64,000 nucleotides of DNA from positions 96,001-160,000 of the forward strand of contig JBDRCO010000043.1 of assembly GCA_043821645.1 (NCBI GenBank), in the 5' to 3' direction. Numbering within the stretch: the stretch's first letter is position 1; each line of letters starts with the position of its first letter. The translations under genes were made by a program, and so were the position numbers. The notes below the pieces were generated by a model. The model had not been told where the DNA came from. It saw only the letters and a list, made by a program, of their open reading frames with translations, and searched no databases. Shown piece after piece: positions 20,239 to 30,596 of this stretch. Source of the DNA: Pseudomonadota bacterium. Its GTDB lineage: Bacteria; Myxococcota; JACRCW01; JAFGSX01.

Positions 20239-22136
20239 AACGGCTCGTCGCAAGCGCCCTGATCCTGTGTGGTCTGGCCTGCACGGCCCGCGATCGCATC
20301 GCGCTGCACTTCGTCGACGACACCACCCGCGCCGAGGCCACGCGGGCCGAGGTCTATGCCCTGGCCATGGAGACCCGCCGCGGCGATCCCGTGGACTGCG
20401 ATGCCCTCGCGGATGGCCGACGCAGCGTCGACGACGACGAGGTGGTGGTGGCCCAGCACACCAGCCTGACCATCCCGTTGCCCCCAGACGCGGATCCCCT
20501 GCTGGTGCAGCTCCCCCAGGAGCGCTACCTGTTCTTCGCCGAGGCCTTTGATCGTTTTGGCTTCCGCGTGGCCCATGGCTGCACCGTCGACGATGTGAGT
20601 TCGGCGCGGCGCCTCGAGCGAACCATCGCGCTGATCACGGACCCCCCCCTGACTGGCGAGCTCTCGGCGGTGGGTGACACCTCCTGGCTTCAGCATGCGG
20701 GCGCTCCGGGTCTGGAGACGGCGCGTCGCCTCGAGGTCCAGGCCCTGGGGTCAGCGGGCCTGCTGCGCGACGTCGAGGTGCGTACCCTCGTCGAGAGCGG
20801 GGAGGCGGTGGTGCTGGACTCTGTGCTGCGCACCGATGACCTGGGACGCGCGGGCAGCCTGGCGCTCATCGGCAGTGGCGAGGTCAGGCTGCTGGTGCAC
20901 GTGCGCGGTCTGAGCGGCTCGCCGCTGCGCTTCGTGCTGCAGGGTGTCCCCAGTCCGACCTTCCAGACCACGGCGAATCAGATCCTGGGTACGCCAGCGC
21001 AGCTCATCTCGGCGGACCTTCTGCTCGACAGCTTCGAGGCCAGCGATCTCATGGCCGTGATGCAGGATGCTGCCGGGGCCTTTGGCATGGTGTGGCGCGC
21101 CGATGACCAGGGCAGCAGCTTCGTGACCACCCGCCGCATCAGTCTCGGTCTGGCGACCAGCGGCGTGCGCGCGGCCATGCTGGACACCGATCAGCGCACC
21201 GACCTGATCTACGCGGTGCCGTCATCCGCCACCCAGCCCCGTCCCGCGCTGGCCATCGCGCACCACGACCTGGGCCAGGGAGACGATTTCGACCCACCCG
21301 TCGACGAGAGTTTGCCCGCGGACATCGAGCAGATCGAGAGCCTGCAGGTGGCCCGGATCGATGCCGACGCTCTGGACGACGTGGTCGTGGTCGGACACAC
21401 GGCCAGCAGCCGGGTGGTGCTGGTGCTGCTCACGCGCCCTGCGGCGCCCAACGCAGGGCAAGCCGTGCTCTCAGTAAGGCAGCGCTTCGATATCCCGGAG
21501 TTCGCCGCCGACACGGAGGTCCTGCTGGGGGACCTGGACAGCGACGGGGATCACGACCTGCTGCTGGCCTCACCCATCGCCGGTCTGTGGATCGTCCCCT
21601 GCGGTGACGACGTCGAGGGCCGCGGCTCGGGTCGCTACTTCGTGCCTGTCAACGCCGCGCCGGCCGACTGGCCGCACCTCTTCGCCACCATAGGCTTCAA
21701 CCTGACAGCCACCCAGGACGTCGACGAGGACGGCCTGAACGACCTGGTGTGGGTCATCGACAGCTCGGCGCTGGGCATCGGCGTGGGCCTGCGACTGGTG
21801 CGCGGAACCGGACACCTGCTCGACCTGACCCTGGAGCCGCATCGCCAGCTCCCCCTGGACAGCGCCAATCTCCTGGTCGTGGCGGACATCAACGCGGATG
21901 GCCACATGGATGTGCTGGTAAACACCTTGAGCCCGCCACGGCGCGCCCTGCTCATGGGAGGGGACGGCAGCGGGCGCTTCGCCGATCCCCTGCTGCTGCG
22001 CACGGACATGGGCTCGGTGGGCATGGCCGTGGCGGACCTCAACATCGACGGCGTGGCGGACGTGGGCTTCTTGGGCACCACCACCGGTGAAGACCACTTC
22101 CTGCAGGTCCACATGTCCACCGGTCTGTCGCAGTAG
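20235..22136 (+). CDS. FG-GAP/VCBS-repeat lipoprotein
   Basis: ATGA overlap with the upstream gene. Lipobox CGLAC. Repeats GDLDSDGDHDL, ADINADGHMDV and ADLNIDGVADV. Confidence 0.85.
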   Translation: MKRLVASALILCGLACTARDRIALHFVDDTTRAEATRAEVYALAMETRRGDPVDCDALADGRRSVDDDEVVVAQHTSLTIPLPPDADPLLVQLPQERYLFFAEAFDRFGFRVAHGCTVDDVSSARRLERTIALITDPPLTGELSAVGDTSWLQHAGAPGLETARRLEVQALGSAGLLRDVEVRTLVESGEAVVLDSVLRTDDLGRAGSLALIGSGEVRLLVHVRGLSGSPLRFVLQGVPSPTFQTTANQILGTPAQLISADLLLDSFEASDLMAVMQDAAGAFGMVWRADDQGSSFVTTRRISLGLATSGVRAAMLDTDQRTDLIYAVPSSATQPRPALAIAHHDLGQGDDFDPPVDESLPADIEQIESLQVARIDADALDDVVVVGHTASSRVVLVLLTRPAAPNAGQAVLSVRQRFDIPEFAADTEVLLGDLDSDGDHDLLLASPIAGLWIVPCGDDVEGRGSGRYFVPVNAAPADWPHLFATIGFNLTATQDVDEDGLNDLVWVIDSSALGIGVGLRLVRGTGHLLDLTLEPHRQLPLDSANLLVVADINADGHMDVLVNTLSPPRRALLMGGDGSGRFADPLLLRTDMGSVGMAVADLNIDGVADVGFLGTTTGEDHFLQVHMSTGLSQ

Positions 22137-22151
22137 GCTGCGGAGTCCAGC

Positions 22152-23351
22152 TCAGGCCCGGCGACGACGTCGCGCGAAGATCGCGCCAGCCAGGGCCAGC
22201 AGGGGCCAGGCCACCTGGGCGCTGGCCGCGACGCAGCCGCAACCGCCCGGCTCATCCTGCGGCGGCGGAGCGCCGGGCTTGCGGCACAGCCCGTCCTGGC
22301 AGGTGGTGTCTGCGCTGCAAGGAACCACGATGCGCTGCCCCTCGCTGCACAGGATGCGGTAGTAGGGATCCTGGCAACCCGGCGTGCACTCCCCGACGTC
22401 GGCGCCGCCGGTCACGTCGAGAGCTGTCGTCGTGTCCGCGACGGCAGCATCCAGCGCCATCACATGGTCCTGCGCGGTCGCCGTGTCCGCGGGGCTGGCC
22501 TGGTCCTGAGCCACAGCCGCATCGGTGGGCATGGCGTGGTCCTGCCCGACCCCGGCGTCGTGGCCCGGGCTGCTGTCCACACCCACAGCCAGATCCGAGC
22601 CCAGGGAGGAATCGCTGGCCTGGACTGCATCCAGGCCAGAGGCCGCGTCGACGGGGGATGCACTGTCCTGGACCAGGGTCGAGTCCGCCGCCGTGGCCGC
22701 GTCGCTGCCCGAGCTGAGGTCCTGTCCGATAGCAGCGTCGGAAGCCTGGGCGCTGTCCGGCGCGGTGGCCGAGTCCGCCGCCGGGGCCGCGTCGACGGTG
22801 CTTCCCGCGTCCTGGCTGGGGTCCTGCACCGTGTAGCTGAAGACCTCGGCACAGCTGGAACTCATGCACGGGGTACAGCCGCCGCAGATCCCGCTGTTGC
22901 CAAAGATCTCGTCGCCGCCCTGGTCGTGCCAGGCGCTGACGATGTAGCGCACCTGGGTGTTGTGCACCTGCCCGGGCAGGGTGGCGCTGGCGATGTCGAT
23001 GGCATCGGCAAAGGGCGTGTAGGTGCACTGGAACGAGGCCGACACCACCTGGGTGGTGCCGCTGCCCACGCCGAGGGCAGCAGCAGGTGTGCTGCCGTCG
23101 GTGGTGTAGGCCACACGATACTGGTTGGTGTAGTTCTGGAACTCCACCTTGAACCGCAGGGTCACGGCATCGCTCGAGGTCGGAGCCAGGGTGTCGACGT
23201 AGGGTACAGCGCCACCGCAGGTGCTGGTGGCAGCCCCCCCGGTGACGTCGGCGCTGGAGCGCTCGTGGTACACGAAGTTGGCCGTGGCCGAGGCGCCGCG
23301 CGCCATCACCAGGACCCCGAGGAGGGAACTCACCATCAGAGCGTTGCGCAT
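22152..23351 (-). CDS. Exported MYXO-CTERM protein with Asp-periodic repeat linker
   Basis: Signal peptide, Ig-like N-domain (YTTDGSTP) and C-terminus GGCGC-TM-RRRRRA. Confidence 0.88.
   Translation of the reverse strand: MRNALMVSSLLGVLVMARGASATANFVYHERSSADVTGGAATSTCGGAVPYVDTLAPTSSDAVTLRFKVEFQNYTNQYRVAYTTDGSTPAAALGVGSGTTQVVSASFQCTYTPFADAIDIASATLPGQVHNTQVRYIVSAWHDQGGDEIFGNSGICGGCTPCMSSSCAEVFSYTVQDPSQDAGSTVDAAPAADSATAPDSAQASDAAIGQDLSSGSDAATAADSTLVQDSASPVDAASGLDAVQASDSSLGSDLAVGVDSSPGHDAGVGQDHAMPTDAAVAQDQASPADTATAQDHVMALDAAVADTTTALDVTGGADVGECTPGCQDPYYRILCSEGQRIVVPCSADTTCQDGLCRKPGAPPPQDEPGGCGCVAASAQVAWPLLALAGAIFARRRRRA
22395..22811 (-). repeat. About 23 degenerate hexapeptide (18-bp) repeats, each starting with Asp
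   Basis: DAGSTV DAAPAA DSATAP DSAQAS DAAIGQ DLSSGS DAATAA DSTLVQ and so on. Confidence 0.85.
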
Positions 23352-23437
23352 GTTCATCTCCACACCGATTTGATGCCCCCAGTCTACCTGAATTCGTGCC
23401 CCTGGGTGCGCGCTCAAAACAGCGCTACAGTATCGCC

Positions 23438-24202
23438 ATGACCGCTGAGGCCCCCAGACCCGCGAACCCGCCCGCGCCAGCGACCGCCACGTCGACGCCT
23501 CGAGACAGCGATCTGGTCTTCGATGATGTGCACCTGACCGACCCCGGGCTCGACACCATCCCGCATCCGTTCTGGCGCAGCTGGAAGGCCTCCTTTGAAG
23601 CGGCGGTCGCAGGTGTGCTGCGCACCGTCGCCACCCAACGCAACATGAAGGTACACACCACGGCAGCCATGATGGTCATGCTGGTTGGCATGGCACTGCC
23701 GCTCAACCTGGCCACGCGCTCGGCCCTGGTGTTCTTGATCGCGGCGGTGATGTTCGCCGAGATCCTCAACACGGCACTCGAGGCCGTGGTCGACCTGTTC
23801 ATCGGCACTTACCACCGTCTGGCCATGCTGACCAAGGACGCGGCTGCGGCCGGCGTGCTCATCCTGGCGGTGGGCGCGGTGGTCATCTTCTTCGACATCC
23901 TCATCGCCAACTGGCGCATGGTGGCCGACAACCTGGACCGCGTGATCCTGTACGCGGGTCTGGGTGTCCCCGTCGTCGTGTTGCAGCTCGTGGTGCTGTT
24001 CGGGCCGCGCAAGGGCGTCCTGCCCTGGTTGCTCACCGTCGTCGGCCTGGCCTTGCTGGTGCCCTTGATCGGACTCAGCCTGGACCCACTGTTCTCGGCG
24101 GGCTCCGTGCTGGTGCTGCTCAGCTCGCGCATCGCGCGGGCGCGCTTTTCTGGCCGCATGCCCCGAGGAGCACCGCGCGGACCTGCCTCGCACGACGGGT
24201 GA
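23438..24202 (+). CDS. DgkA-family diacylglycerol/undecaprenol kinase with C-terminal TM extension
   Basis: QRNMKVH, AEILNTALEAVVDL and KDAAAAGV motifs. Confidence 0.88.
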   Translation: MTAEAPRPANPPAPATATSTPRDSDLVFDDVHLTDPGLDTIPHPFWRSWKASFEAAVAGVLRTVATQRNMKVHTTAAMMVMLVGMALPLNLATRSALVFLIAAVMFAEILNTALEAVVDLFIGTYHRLAMLTKDAAAAGVLILAVGAVVIFFDILIANWRMVADNLDRVILYAGLGVPVVVLQLVVLFGPRKGVLPWLLTVVGLALLVPLIGLSLDPLFSAGSVLVLLSSRIARARFSGRMPRGAPRGPASHDG

Positions 24203-24231
24203 ACGCGAGACGTGAGACGAGAACGCGCAGC

Positions 24232-26454
24232 TCAGAGCTTGCCCAGCAGCTCGACGTGCTCGGCGATGATCTGCGCGCTCTGTTCGCGCCGCGAACTTGC
24301 CGCCTTGAGCAGGGCTTCACCAACCCGCGGCTCCTTGGACATCACCTGCAGGATCTGGCGGCGCTCGATGCGCAGCAGCTCGACGTCGCCGATGGAACGC
24401 ACGCTGGCCATGCGAGGCTGCTCCTGGATCACACCGATCTCACCGAAGAAGTCACCCTCGACCAGCTTGTTTAAAAAGATCGGGACCCCGTCGCGCTCGC
24501 TGAAGACCTCGACCTCGCCGTGCTTGATGAAGAAGAAGGAGTCCGAGGCAGAGCCCTCGTGCACCACGATCTCGTCGTCATCGTGGGTCACGAGCACCGC
24601 CTGGGCCAGCAACACTTTGCGCTGGTGTGGCTCCAGCACCGCGAACACCGGGGACTTGGCCATCAGCAATTCGGCCACACGCTCCTTGTAGAAATCGAGC
24701 AGCGCGCCTGCGATCTCCGGCGTCAGGTCCACCAGGGGATCGGCGGCCGCACGCTTCAGCTCGAACACCCAGGCGTCGGTGATGGCCTCGACCGTGGCGG
24801 TCCGCGGGCTACCGGTCAAGAAGCTGAACTCACCGAAGAAATCACCCTCGCTGAGCGAGGACAGGTAGATGCGCCCGTCGTCCCCCAGTTCGCTGTCGCT
24901 GTCGGGGGGGCTGCAGTACACCACCACGCGGCCTCGGCCGACCGCAAACAGAGCATCCCCCTCCTCTCCTTCGCGCACCGCCAGTTCCCCGATGCGCAGG
25001 TGGCGGATGCGTGCCGCGTCGACCAGGCGCACGAAATCGTCGGCCTCGACGTAGCCCAGCAAGGGCGCCGGGGCCGGCAGCACCGTGGCTTCCTCATCGT
25101 CAGCGCCGAGACCCTGGGGATCGGCCTGGCGCATCCACTCCCAGGCTTCCCCTCCGTCGCAGTGCTGGATCGCGTCGAGCAAGGTGCCGCGGGTGCCCAC
25201 GCGCAGTTCGACCAGGGTTCTCAGATCGTCCTCGCGCTGCTCGTCGTCACAAAGATGGCGGATCGGCTCCAGGGCCACCACCGCCTGCACCAGCAGACCC
25301 CGGTGGGCAAACAGATAGGCCGCGACGCGCAGAGTCGACAGGGCGCGCACGCGCTCGTCCACCGCGAGCAGCCGCTCACCGATGTCCACCAGCGTCCACA
25401 GGTTGGGCTCCCGGGCCAGCTGCTGGCGGAGTTCGACCAGGCGCGGGTCTCGCTCCACCCCGGTGTCCTGGACCAGGGCCTGCACCGTGGGCTCCCGACG
25501 ACGACGACCCAGGCGCTCGCGCTCCTCGGCCAGGTCCAGACCGCCCAGGTAGTCGGCGAAGCTCGACTGGTCGTATTCGTTTTGCTGCAGGTAGGCCTCG
25601 AGCGACTGGGCCATCTCGGCACCGCTCTGAAAGCGGTGCTGAACGTCACGCTTGAGTGCCTTCATGGTGACCTGGTCCAGCACCGAAGGGACACCGGCGT
25701 TGATCCAGGACGGTGGCTCGATGGTGGCCTCGAGCACCTTGGTGATGGTCTGCACCGGGGAATCCGCGCCGAACAGCCGCTGGCCGCTGAGCATCTCGTG
25801 CAGCACCACGCCGAGCGAGAAGAGATCGGAGCGATGATCGATCTCCTCGGCCATGGCCTGCTCGGGCGACATGTAGGCGAACTTGCCCATCACCGTGCCA
25901 GGCATGGTGTGGGTCAGCTTGTTCTTGGCCTGGGCGATGCCGAAATCGGTGATCTTGACGTCGCCGACGAAGCTGATGAGCACGTTGTGCGGAGAGATGT
26001 CCCGGTGCACCACTCCCAGGCGCCGGCCCAGGTGATCGCACAGGCAGTGTGCGTGGTGCAGGCCACTGGCCATGCCTCGCACCAGGTAGGCTGCGGCCAG
26101 AGGCGCCACACCGTTGCCGGCCTGCGACACCTTGCGCAGTACCGTCACCAGATCGAAGCCGTTCACGTACTCCAGGGCCATGAAGTAGGAGCCAGCGATC
26201 TGGCCAAAGTCGAGCAGCTTGACCACGTTGGGGTGGTCGAGGCCGATCATGATGCGCGCCTCGTCGATGAACATCGAGACGAAGTGCCGATTGGCGCAGT
26301 GCTGCGGCAGGATGCGCTTGATCACGCAGGTGCGGACCACGCCACCAAGGGACATGGAGCGGGCGAGAAAGATCTCCGCCATGCCGCCCACGGCCAGCCG
26401 TTCGAGCAGCTCGTATTTGCCAAACAGGCTGGGTTTTGCCTCGGCCTGCACCAT
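24232..26454 (-). CDS. Ser/Thr kinase fused to two cNMP-binding domains
   Basis: HRDISPHN and DFGIA kinase motifs. Two cassettes [17 protein letters not shown] and [17 protein letters not shown]. Confidence 0.92.
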   Translation of the reverse strand: MVQAEAKPSLFGKYELLERLAVGGMAEIFLARSMSLGGVVRTCVIKRILPQHCANRHFVSMFIDEARIMIGLDHPNVVKLLDFGQIAGSYFMALEYVNGFDLVTVLRKVSQAGNGVAPLAAAYLVRGMASGLHHAHCLCDHLGRRLGVVHRDISPHNVLISFVGDVKITDFGIAQAKNKLTHTMPGTVMGKFAYMSPEQAMAEEIDHRSDLFSLGVVLHEMLSGQRLFGADSPVQTITKVLEATIEPPSWINAGVPSVLDQVTMKALKRDVQHRFQSGAEMAQSLEAYLQQNEYDQSSFADYLGGLDLAEERERLGRRRREPTVQALVQDTGVERDPRLVELRQQLAREPNLWTLVDIGERLLAVDERVRALSTLRVAAYLFAHRGLLVQAVVALEPIRHLCDDEQREDDLRTLVELRVGTRGTLLDAIQHCDGGEAWEWMRQADPQGLGADDEEATVLPAPAPLLGYVEADDFVRLVDAARIRHLRIGELAVREGEEGDALFAVGRGRVVVYCSPPDSDSELGDDGRIYLSSLSEGDFFGEFSFLTGSPRTATVEAITDAWVFELKRAAADPLVDLTPEIAGALLDFYKERVAELLMAKSPVFAVLEPHQRKVLLAQAVLVTHDDDEIVVHEGSASDSFFFIKHGEVEVFSERDGVPIFLNKLVEGDFFGEIGVIQEQPRMASVRSIGDVELLRIERRQILQVMSKEPRVGEALLKAASSRREQSAQIIAEHVELLGKL

Positions 26455-26561
26455 GGCTCTGCAATTCCTCGTCGAGACGATCGCCTGCGTCAGCATACCC
26501 GTCGCGCCGGCGGCATCAAAGGGTCCGCGTGGGTCGAGCGCAGCCGGGGGCCCGGCGGTGC

Positions 26562-27248
26562 TCAGGGTGCCTTGTTGCAGCTGCCGGGGATGGGCATGAC
26601 CTGCACGTCGGGCGGCGCACTGTAGGTGAAGTGATCCCGGGCCAGCTTGTTGTCGAACAGCGCCTTCGAGAACACGAAGCGGTTCAGGTTGCCCTGGCTA
26701 TCGACCACGGTGCTGGCCTCGACGCGCGAGGTCTTCGGGTTCACATCCAGCAGCAACCGCTGGTACGCCGCCTGGGCCTTTTTGGGTACCAGCACCAGCC
26801 GCTGCAGGCCCTCGGGCGCCTTCTGGCCCGGCTGCACGTCGAACTGCGCGCTCAGATCACCCTGACCGAACAGGAAGGTCAGCGACGAGGTCATGGCATC
26901 GGCCTTGAAACAACGATCCACCAGTGCCTGGTGATCCGCAGGCTGGATCACCCACAACGCGCTGCCGTCGACCAGGAAGGTCTTGTTTGTCGGCGTCGCG
27001 TAGTCGAAGCGCATCAGGCCGGGCCGCTGGTAGCTGACATGCCCGGTGGAGCGCTCGGTGCGCTTGAAGATGCGGCTTTGGTAGGTCTGCTCGAACTCCG
27101 CCTCGAAGCTCTGAGTGTTGTCGTAACTGCGTTGCACGGCGCGCACCAGGGCAGCGGTGGCGTCCTCGGCAGGGGCCGCCGCGGGGACAGGGGCAGCAGC
27201 CACCGGTGTCCAGGCAAGAACGTGCAGGAATGGCAGGACGAAAAGCAT
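26562..27248 (-). CDS. lolA: Outer-membrane lipoprotein carrier LolA family
   Basis: Signal peptide, SFEAEFEQ, RPGLMRFDY and F.YSAPPDV motifs. Confidence 0.85.
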   Translation of the reverse strand: MLFVLPFLHVLAWTPVAAAPVPAAAPAEDATAALVRAVQRSYDNTQSFEAEFEQTYQSRIFKRTERSTGHVSYQRPGLMRFDYATPTNKTFLVDGSALWVIQPADHQALVDRCFKADAMTSSLTFLFGQGDLSAQFDVQPGQKAPEGLQRLVLVPKKAQAAYQRLLLDVNPKTSRVEASTVVDSQGNLNRFVFSKALFDNKLARDHFTYSAPPDVQVMPIPGSCNKAP

Positions 27249-27296
27249 GGCAGTCCTCGCTGGGCGACCTGGGTGTTGGACGCGCCGCGGTACAGG

Positions 27297-28949
27297 CTAT
27301 TCAGGGGGTGTGAACTCCTCGCTGACTCGTTCCTCGTCGAGGCGGCGACGGATCTCCTCGGGTCCAAGCTCGCGCAGCGCACCAACCTGGCCCGCGAAGC
27401 TGGTGTCGAGTGTCAGCGTGGCCAGCTCCTCCTCGATCTGCTGCACCCGCGGTGCATGCTGGGCCACACCCTCGACCTGGGCCACGGTCTCACCCAGGGC
27501 CGCCAGGTAGGCGCGCGCCGTCCGCGCTCGCGCCGCCACCGCGTCGGACAGCTTGCGCAGCTCGGCCTCCACATCCCCACCCTGGGTCAGCTGGTCCGCC
27601 AGGCTGCGCAACCGCCCGGCGATATCGACCAGCAGCTGAGGCAGGGGACCCAGGGCGCCGCTGCGCTTGCGCAGCTGATCCACCGTCGCCTCGCGTTCCA
27701 CGGCGTCGTCGTGCAGGTCCCGGGTGCCTCGCGCGTGGCTGCGAAGGCGCAGGGCGCGTTGCTCGAAGCTCTCGATCAGGTGATTCAGCTCCAGGGCCAG
27801 GGCGGCAGAGCTGTCCTGTCCAGGCACGGCGCGCGCCGACAGATCGCCGGTGGCCGCGCGCTGGCACACCTCACACAGGGCACCGACGGACGCCTGCAAG
27901 CTCTGGTTTGCCTGCTGCTGCTGCGCCTGCTGGGCCGCCGCATCGAAGGCTCGGCCGACCAGCTCGTCGACGGAGGCAAGCTCCAGCGGTAGCGTGACGG
28001 TGGCGTCGAGGCTGTGCCCGGCGGCGCGCTGCGCGGTGCGCGCGAGCAGGAGCCCGAGGCTGCTCCGCAGGCGGCGTCCACTGCCCAGCCACAGCAGCAG
28101 CAGGGCGAGGAGAGGAGCCGTTGTCGTGGCGGCCACCAGCGTGAACCACTGCCGGCGAGCCCGCGCAGCGTCCTCGCGGGCGCGGTCGAGGGCCAGCCCC
28201 CGTGCCTCCACGAGCTCCTGCTGATGCTGGGCGCGCTTCGCCGCTCCGGCCACCGCGTCCTCGACCAGCAAGGGCGCGGTGAACAGCACGGCCACGCGCA
28301 GGCCGTCGGCCCGGGCGGTGGACAGAGCGGCCACGCGCGAGGAAGGGAGGGCTTGCCCCTGCACCAGTGCGCTGACCACCGAGGTCAGAGCCGGCGCATC
28401 CGCAGCCAGCTCCCCGGCGCTGAACACGATGTGGTCCTTGGCGTCGACGACGACGGCCTGCAAGGGCGGGCCCTGTCCGTCGACCACGGCGCGAACACGG
28501 TCCCTGAGCCGGGCCAGGTTGTCGACCTCGCGCGCAGCCTGCTCGTCGCCACCTTCGGCCAGGACCACCAGGGGCGGCGCCGCAAGCTGCCCGGCCAGAG
28601 CACTGGCCAGGGTGCTGGTCATGCGCGCGCCTTCGTCGCCACTGCGGTGCAAGGCGGCCAGCAGGTCGTCGGTCAGCGTCACCACGCTCTGTGGCGCCTC
28701 CGTCGGTGCGAGTTCGCCCGGAGGCGCCAGCCACCACAGCGTTGACACCACGGTGAGAGACACCACCCCGAGCAGCGCCGAGGCCAACCACAGGCCGGCA
28801 CCCAGCGAGGTGCCACGCCGCAGGCGCCGGTCCGCGCGCCAGCCTGCACTGGGCGTGGGCGGCGTGATCATGGGCACGGTAGTGTCCACGTCGACGATGT
28901 CCTCGACAGCGCCCTCAAGGTCGTTCTCGTGCTTGTCCTGGTCGCTCAT
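27297..28949 (-). CDS. Hypothetical membrane protein, degenerate chemoreceptor-like (two TMs, HAMP-like segments, coiled coil)
   Basis: Two TMs flank a periplasmic region. HAMP-like segment AATGDLSARAV...LALELNHLIE. Confidence 0.7.
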   Translation of the reverse strand: MSDQDKHENDLEGAVEDIVDVDTTVPMITPPTPSAGWRADRRLRRGTSLGAGLWLASALLGVVSLTVVSTLWWLAPPGELAPTEAPQSVVTLTDDLLAALHRSGDEGARMTSTLASALAGQLAAPPLVVLAEGGDEQAAREVDNLARLRDRVRAVVDGQGPPLQAVVVDAKDHIVFSAGELAADAPALTSVVSALVQGQALPSSRVAALSTARADGLRVAVLFTAPLLVEDAVAGAAKRAQHQQELVEARGLALDRAREDAARARRQWFTLVAATTTAPLLALLLLWLGSGRRLRSSLGLLLARTAQRAAGHSLDATVTLPLELASVDELVGRAFDAAAQQAQQQQANQSLQASVGALCEVCQRAATGDLSARAVPGQDSSAALALELNHLIESFEQRALRLRSHARGTRDLHDDAVEREATVDQLRKRSGALGPLPQLLVDIAGRLRSLADQLTQGGDVEAELRKLSDAVAARARTARAYLAALGETVAQVEGVAQHAPRVQQIEEELATLTLDTSFAGQVGALRELGPEEIRRRLDEERVSEEFTPPE

Positions 28950-29142
28950 GGCAGGTGCACTGTAGCGTCAAAGGAATCGCCCGTCACGTGGCGCCCGAGC
29001 GGCGCGTGCGGGTGCGGATGGCCTGATCCGGCCAGCGCGCTACACTGCGCCCGCGGCCACACGCTGCGAATCAGGACCTGTGGCCGGGGCGAGACGGCGG
29101 GCTGTGTGGTCCCACCCCGGCGACAACGAGCAGGAGGAAGCC

Positions 29143-30510
29143 ATGCCGCTGGTCGTCGTCAATCCGGCCACCGATCAGGTGGTGCGCGAGCTGGACACCC
29201 TGACACCAACGCAGGTGACAAGGGCCATCGAGCTGGCCGGGCAGGCCTTCGAGCGCTGGCGTCGGACCGACTTCGACCAGCGCGCGAGCGTCCTGCGCAC
29301 CGCCGCCGGGCTGCTCCGGCAGCGCAGCGAGGACCTGGCGCGCCTCATGGCCACCGAGATGGGCAAGGCCGTGCGCGACGGTCGCGCCGAGGTCGAGAAG
29401 TGCGCCTGGGTGTGCGAGTTCTACGCCGACAACGCGCGCGACTTCCTGGCGCGGGAGCCGGTGGACATCGGTGGCGAGACCGCCTTTGTCAGCTACCAGC
29501 CGCTGGGGCCAGTTCTCGCGGTGATGCCCTGGAATTTTCCACTGTGGCAGGTGTTCCGCTTCGCGGCACCGGCGCTCATGGCGGGCAATGTGGGCCTACT
29601 CAAGCACGCCAGCAACGTCCCGGGCTGCGCCCTGGCCATCGAGGACGTGCTGCGCGACGCGGGCCTGCCCGCGCACTGCTTCACCAGCCTGCTCATCGGC
29701 AGTGCCGAGGTCGAGGCCGTGATCGAGCACCCGGCCGTGCGCGCCGTGACCCTGACCGGATCCACCCCGGCAGGCCGGGCAGTGGCTGCCGCCGCGGGCC
29801 GCGCGCTCAAGAAGTCTGTGCTCGAGCTGGGCGGCTCGGACCCCTACCTGATCCTCGAGGATGCCAACATCGACGAGGCCGCCTCGATCTGTGCCGCGAG
29901 TCGGCTGACCAACGCCGGCCAGAGCTGCATCGCGGCCAAGCGCTTCATCGTGGTGGAGGCGGTGCGTCCGGCCTTCGAAAAAGCGCTGGTGGATCGCCTG
30001 GCAGCGGCGGTCATGGGCGATCCTCTCGACGACAAGACCATGTTCGGCCCCCAGGCGCGCCGCGATCTGCGCGACGAGCTACACGGCCAGGTGCTGCGCT
30101 CCATCGAGATGGGCGCGCGCAAGCTTCTGGGCTGCGAGGTGCCACCCGGACCCGGCGCCTTTTACCCGGCCTCGGCCCTGGGCGACGTGCGCAAAGGTAT
30201 GCCCGCCTTCGACGAGGAGCTGTTCGGGCCCGTCGCAGCCATCGTCCCCGCCGCTGACGAGGCCGAGGCCATCGCCCTCGCCAACGACTCGGTGTACGGC
30301 CTGGGCGCGGCGGTGTTCACCCACGACCGGGTGCGCGGTGAACGCATCGCCGAGCGGCAGCTCGACGCGGGATGCTGCTTTGTCAACGGCCTCGTGCGCT
30401 CGGATCCCCGGCTGCCCTTCGGTGGCATCAAGGAGAGCGGCTACGGGCGGGAACTCGGCCGCCACGGCATCCGCGAGTTCGTCAACACCAAGACCGTGGT
30501 GGTGGCCTGA
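29143..30510 (+). CDS. NAD(P)-dependent succinate-semialdehyde dehydrogenase (Sad/GabD1 type)
   Basis: RBS GGAGG. MPWNFP, LKHASNVP, ELGGSDP, AGQSCIAAKR and EELFGP motifs. Confidence 0.93.
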   Translation: MPLVVVNPATDQVVRELDTLTPTQVTRAIELAGQAFERWRRTDFDQRASVLRTAAGLLRQRSEDLARLMATEMGKAVRDGRAEVEKCAWVCEFYADNARDFLAREPVDIGGETAFVSYQPLGPVLAVMPWNFPLWQVFRFAAPALMAGNVGLLKHASNVPGCALAIEDVLRDAGLPAHCFTSLLIGSAEVEAVIEHPAVRAVTLTGSTPAGRAVAAAAGRALKKSVLELGGSDPYLILEDANIDEAASICAASRLTNAGQSCIAAKRFIVVEAVRPAFEKALVDRLAAAVMGDPLDDKTMFGPQARRDLRDELHGQVLRSIEMGARKLLGCEVPPGPGAFYPASALGDVRKGMPAFDEELFGPVAAIVPAADEAEAIALANDSVYGLGAAVFTHDRVRGERIAERQLDAGCCFVNGLVRSDPRLPFGGIKESGYGRELGRHGIREFVNTKTVVVA

Positions 30511-30596
30511 ACCGCGGCACCTGCCATCCATGTTTTTTCGACAAGACCGGTCTGTTGTACCGATCCCCGGTCAGACCCTGCTGTGTCGAGGTCTTC

